From the IMG/VR virus record IMGVR_UViG_2061766007_000748: a stretch of DNA of 928 bases; one strand, 5' to 3'. The translations under genes and the position numbers were made by a program. The DNA is from an uncultured virus (IMG/VR IMGVR_UViG_2061766007_000748). Taxonomy: Duplodnaviria > Heunggongvirae > Uroviricota > Caudoviricetes. This document shows, piece by piece, positions 1-928 of this stretch. Under the pieces are notes generated by a model. That model was not told the origin of the DNA. It saw only the letters and a list, made by a program, of their open reading frames with translations, and did no database searches. The first letter of the stretch is position 1. Every line of letters starts with the position of its first letter.

Positions 1-1
1 T

Positions 2-856
2 GCAGAACCAAAGAACAATGATGTTAAAGAAGTTCCAAATGATGGAGTACCAAGTGAGGCTGGTGAACCAGAAGGTGTTACAGAAGAGTTTGGTAATCCT
101 ACAGAAGATCCTGACAGACAGGATGAAAGAGAAGACGAAATTGTTCTTCCTGAAGAATCAATTACTGTAGTTGAAGTTCCACTTGCTAACTCAGTTCGTA
201 AGGTAAAACTTCAGAAGGTTCGTTCTTCTAAGATGCGTAATTACAATCTTTATAAGGTTGTATCTGACAAAGATATGTCAGTACTTGACGGTAAGGTTGT
301 AAAGAGTGGTAAACTTGCATACGCATTTAAGAACACAACACAGGGTATGATTGCTTGTTGTGCTCAGTATGTTGCCAATGGTAAAGGTACATATAAACCA
401 GTTCTTAAGAATAATAAGGTTGTAATTACAAGAGGTCCACTTGCTCCTGTATTCCAGAACTACGAAAAGATTCAGATTGCAAAAGCCATTGTATCTGCTC
501 GTAAAGAAGGATTTGAAGCTGGTAAGAAAGAAGCTATTAAATCTGCCCGTCGTCCATCTATTCAATCTCGTAAAAATGAACTTCTTGCAAGACGTGATGC
601 AATTCGTTCAGGACGTAATCCTGAAGTATCTAATGNNNNNNNNNNNNNNNNAAGAATGGATGCTCGTAAGGCAGAAGAAAGAGCTAACAAGGCTATTCAG
701 TCACGTGCTGAACTTGTAAAGATGCACGAAGCAGAAGAAAGACAGAAACTTTTCCAGAGTTCACAGACACAAATGAACGAAGAAAAGGTAGCACTTAAAT
801 CTGCTAGCAACCGTAATACAGCAGCCCTTGATAAACTTTACAACTCAATGTTCTAA
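2..856 (+). CDS. 5'-truncated hypothetical protein (>=284 aa); acidic low-complexity segment + basic middle region + charged helical C-terminus; possibly a phage prohead scaffold/core-type protein (function is a guess)
   Basis: Frame +2 has no stop from base 2 to TAA at 854-856. The 77 codons upstream of the track's ATG233 translate as AEPKNNDVKEVPNDGVPSEAGEPEGVTEEFGNPTEDPDRQDEREDEIVLPEESITVVEVPLANSVRKVKLQKVRSSK, with the same codon bias as the rest (Leu CTT, Glu mostly GAA, Arg CGT/AGA, A/T-rich third positions). Continuity across 636-651 assumes the N-gap length preserves frame. Confidence refers to the CDS, not the function. Confidence 0.9.
   Translation, partial: AEPKNNDVKEVPNDGVPSEAGEPEGVTEEFGNPTEDPDRQDEREDEIVLPEESITVVEVPLANSVRKVKLQKVRSSKMRNYNLYKVVSDKDMSVLDGKVVKSGKLAYAFKNTTQGMIACCAQYVANGKGTYKPVLKNNKVVITRGPLAPVFQNYEKIQIAKAIVSARKEGFEAGKKEAIKSARRPSIQSRKNELLARRDAIRSGRNPEVSNXXXXXXRMDARKAEERANKAIQSRAELVKMHEAEERQKLFQSSQTQMNEEKVALKSASNRNTAALDKLYNSMF
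636..651. other. Assembly/scaffold gap or masked stretch (16 N)
   Basis: Run of 16 N inside the long CDS. The well-behaved coding frame on both sides is in phase with this length. Confidence 0.95.
671..742 (+). repeat. 12-nt direct repeat GCAGAAGAAAGA (671-682 and 731-742), encoding AEER twice, 20 codons apart
   Basis: Exact match, 60 nt apart. The downstream peptides also align: AEERANKAIQS vs AEERQ-KLFQS. Confidence 0.6.
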
Positions 857-875
857 TTGAGAAAAACTCTAAATA

Positions 876-882
876 TAAGGAG
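876..882 (+). promoter_or_regulatory. Shine-Dalgarno ribosome binding site (TAAGGAG) for the gene starting at 891
   Basis: TAAGGAG is complementary to the canonical 16S rRNA 3' tail. It lies 8 nt (AAACGAAT) before ATG891, in an A-rich context. Confidence 0.9.
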
Positions 883-890
883 AAACGAAT

Positions 891-928
891 ATGATTAGAA
901 CAGATAATTTTGTACGCGCTCTTTCAGA
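891..928 (+). CDS. 5' end of the next gene, MIRTDNFVRALS..., runs off the window; product unknown
   Basis: ATG at 891 with a well-spaced strong SD. Twelve full codons without a stop, same strand, 34 nt after the upstream stop. Too short for the ORF track or for any functional call. Confidence 0.8.
   Translation, partial: MIRTDNFVRALS

Noticed and set aside
29..181. Short direct repeats GAAGTTCCA (29-37, 173-181) and TACAGAAGA (79-87, 100-108); possible CRISPR or tandem array
   Set aside because: They are only 9 nt, in frame, and explained by repeated EVP and TE(E/D) peptides under narrow codon usage. There is no repeat-spacer periodicity.
233..235. ATG233 as the true start of the main CDS
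   Set aside because: The frame is open, with the same codon bias, to the window edge. There is only a weak, distant SD-like AAGG upstream, so this is most likely an internal Met.
278..565. 95-aa minus-strand ORF
   Set aside because: It lies wholly antisense to the main CDS. Its F/T/S/C-rich composition mirrors the sense codons, and the absence of sense TTA/CTA Leu codons removes most antisense stops. It is a shadow ORF.
441..719. 92-aa plus-strand ORF in another frame
   Set aside because: It is nested out of frame in the main CDS, has the L/K-rich composition typical of a shifted frame, has no credible start or RBS, and spans the N gap.
844..866. Intrinsic terminator after the main CDS
   Set aside because: The stem is short, AT-rich and overlaps the stop. 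It is followed by an A run rather than a U tract on the coding strand.
868..875. TCTAAATA, one mismatch from the T4 late promoter TATAAATA
   Set aside because: It is a single copy in AT-rich DNA, and a T4-like start site a few bases downstream would fall within the SD. Worth revisiting only if the motif recurs upstream of other structural genes on the contig.
857..879. Sigma70-like TTGAGA ... TATAAG promoter
   Set aside because: The spacer is only 11 nt (about 17 needed) and the -10-like hexamer overlaps the SD.

Overview
The window is almost entirely coding on the + strand. One reading frame (frame +2) is open from the left edge to TAA at 854-856, so the 207-aa ORF in the track (233..856) is only the distal part of a 5'-truncated protein of at least 284 aa. 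The visible part has three segments: an acidic Pro-rich low-complexity stretch, a basic, probably beta-rich middle region, and a charged helical C-terminal region with a recurring [AS]-[IL]-x-S-(basic) motif. A 16-N assembly gap lies at 636-651. After a 34-nt spacer containing a strong Shine-Dalgarno (TAAGGAG), a second gene starts at 891 and runs off the window. I do not recognise either protein. The architecture, extreme codon bias (all Leu = CTT) and strong downstream RBS would fit a highly expressed phage head module (scaffold/core protein followed by a major structural protein), but that is inference only.
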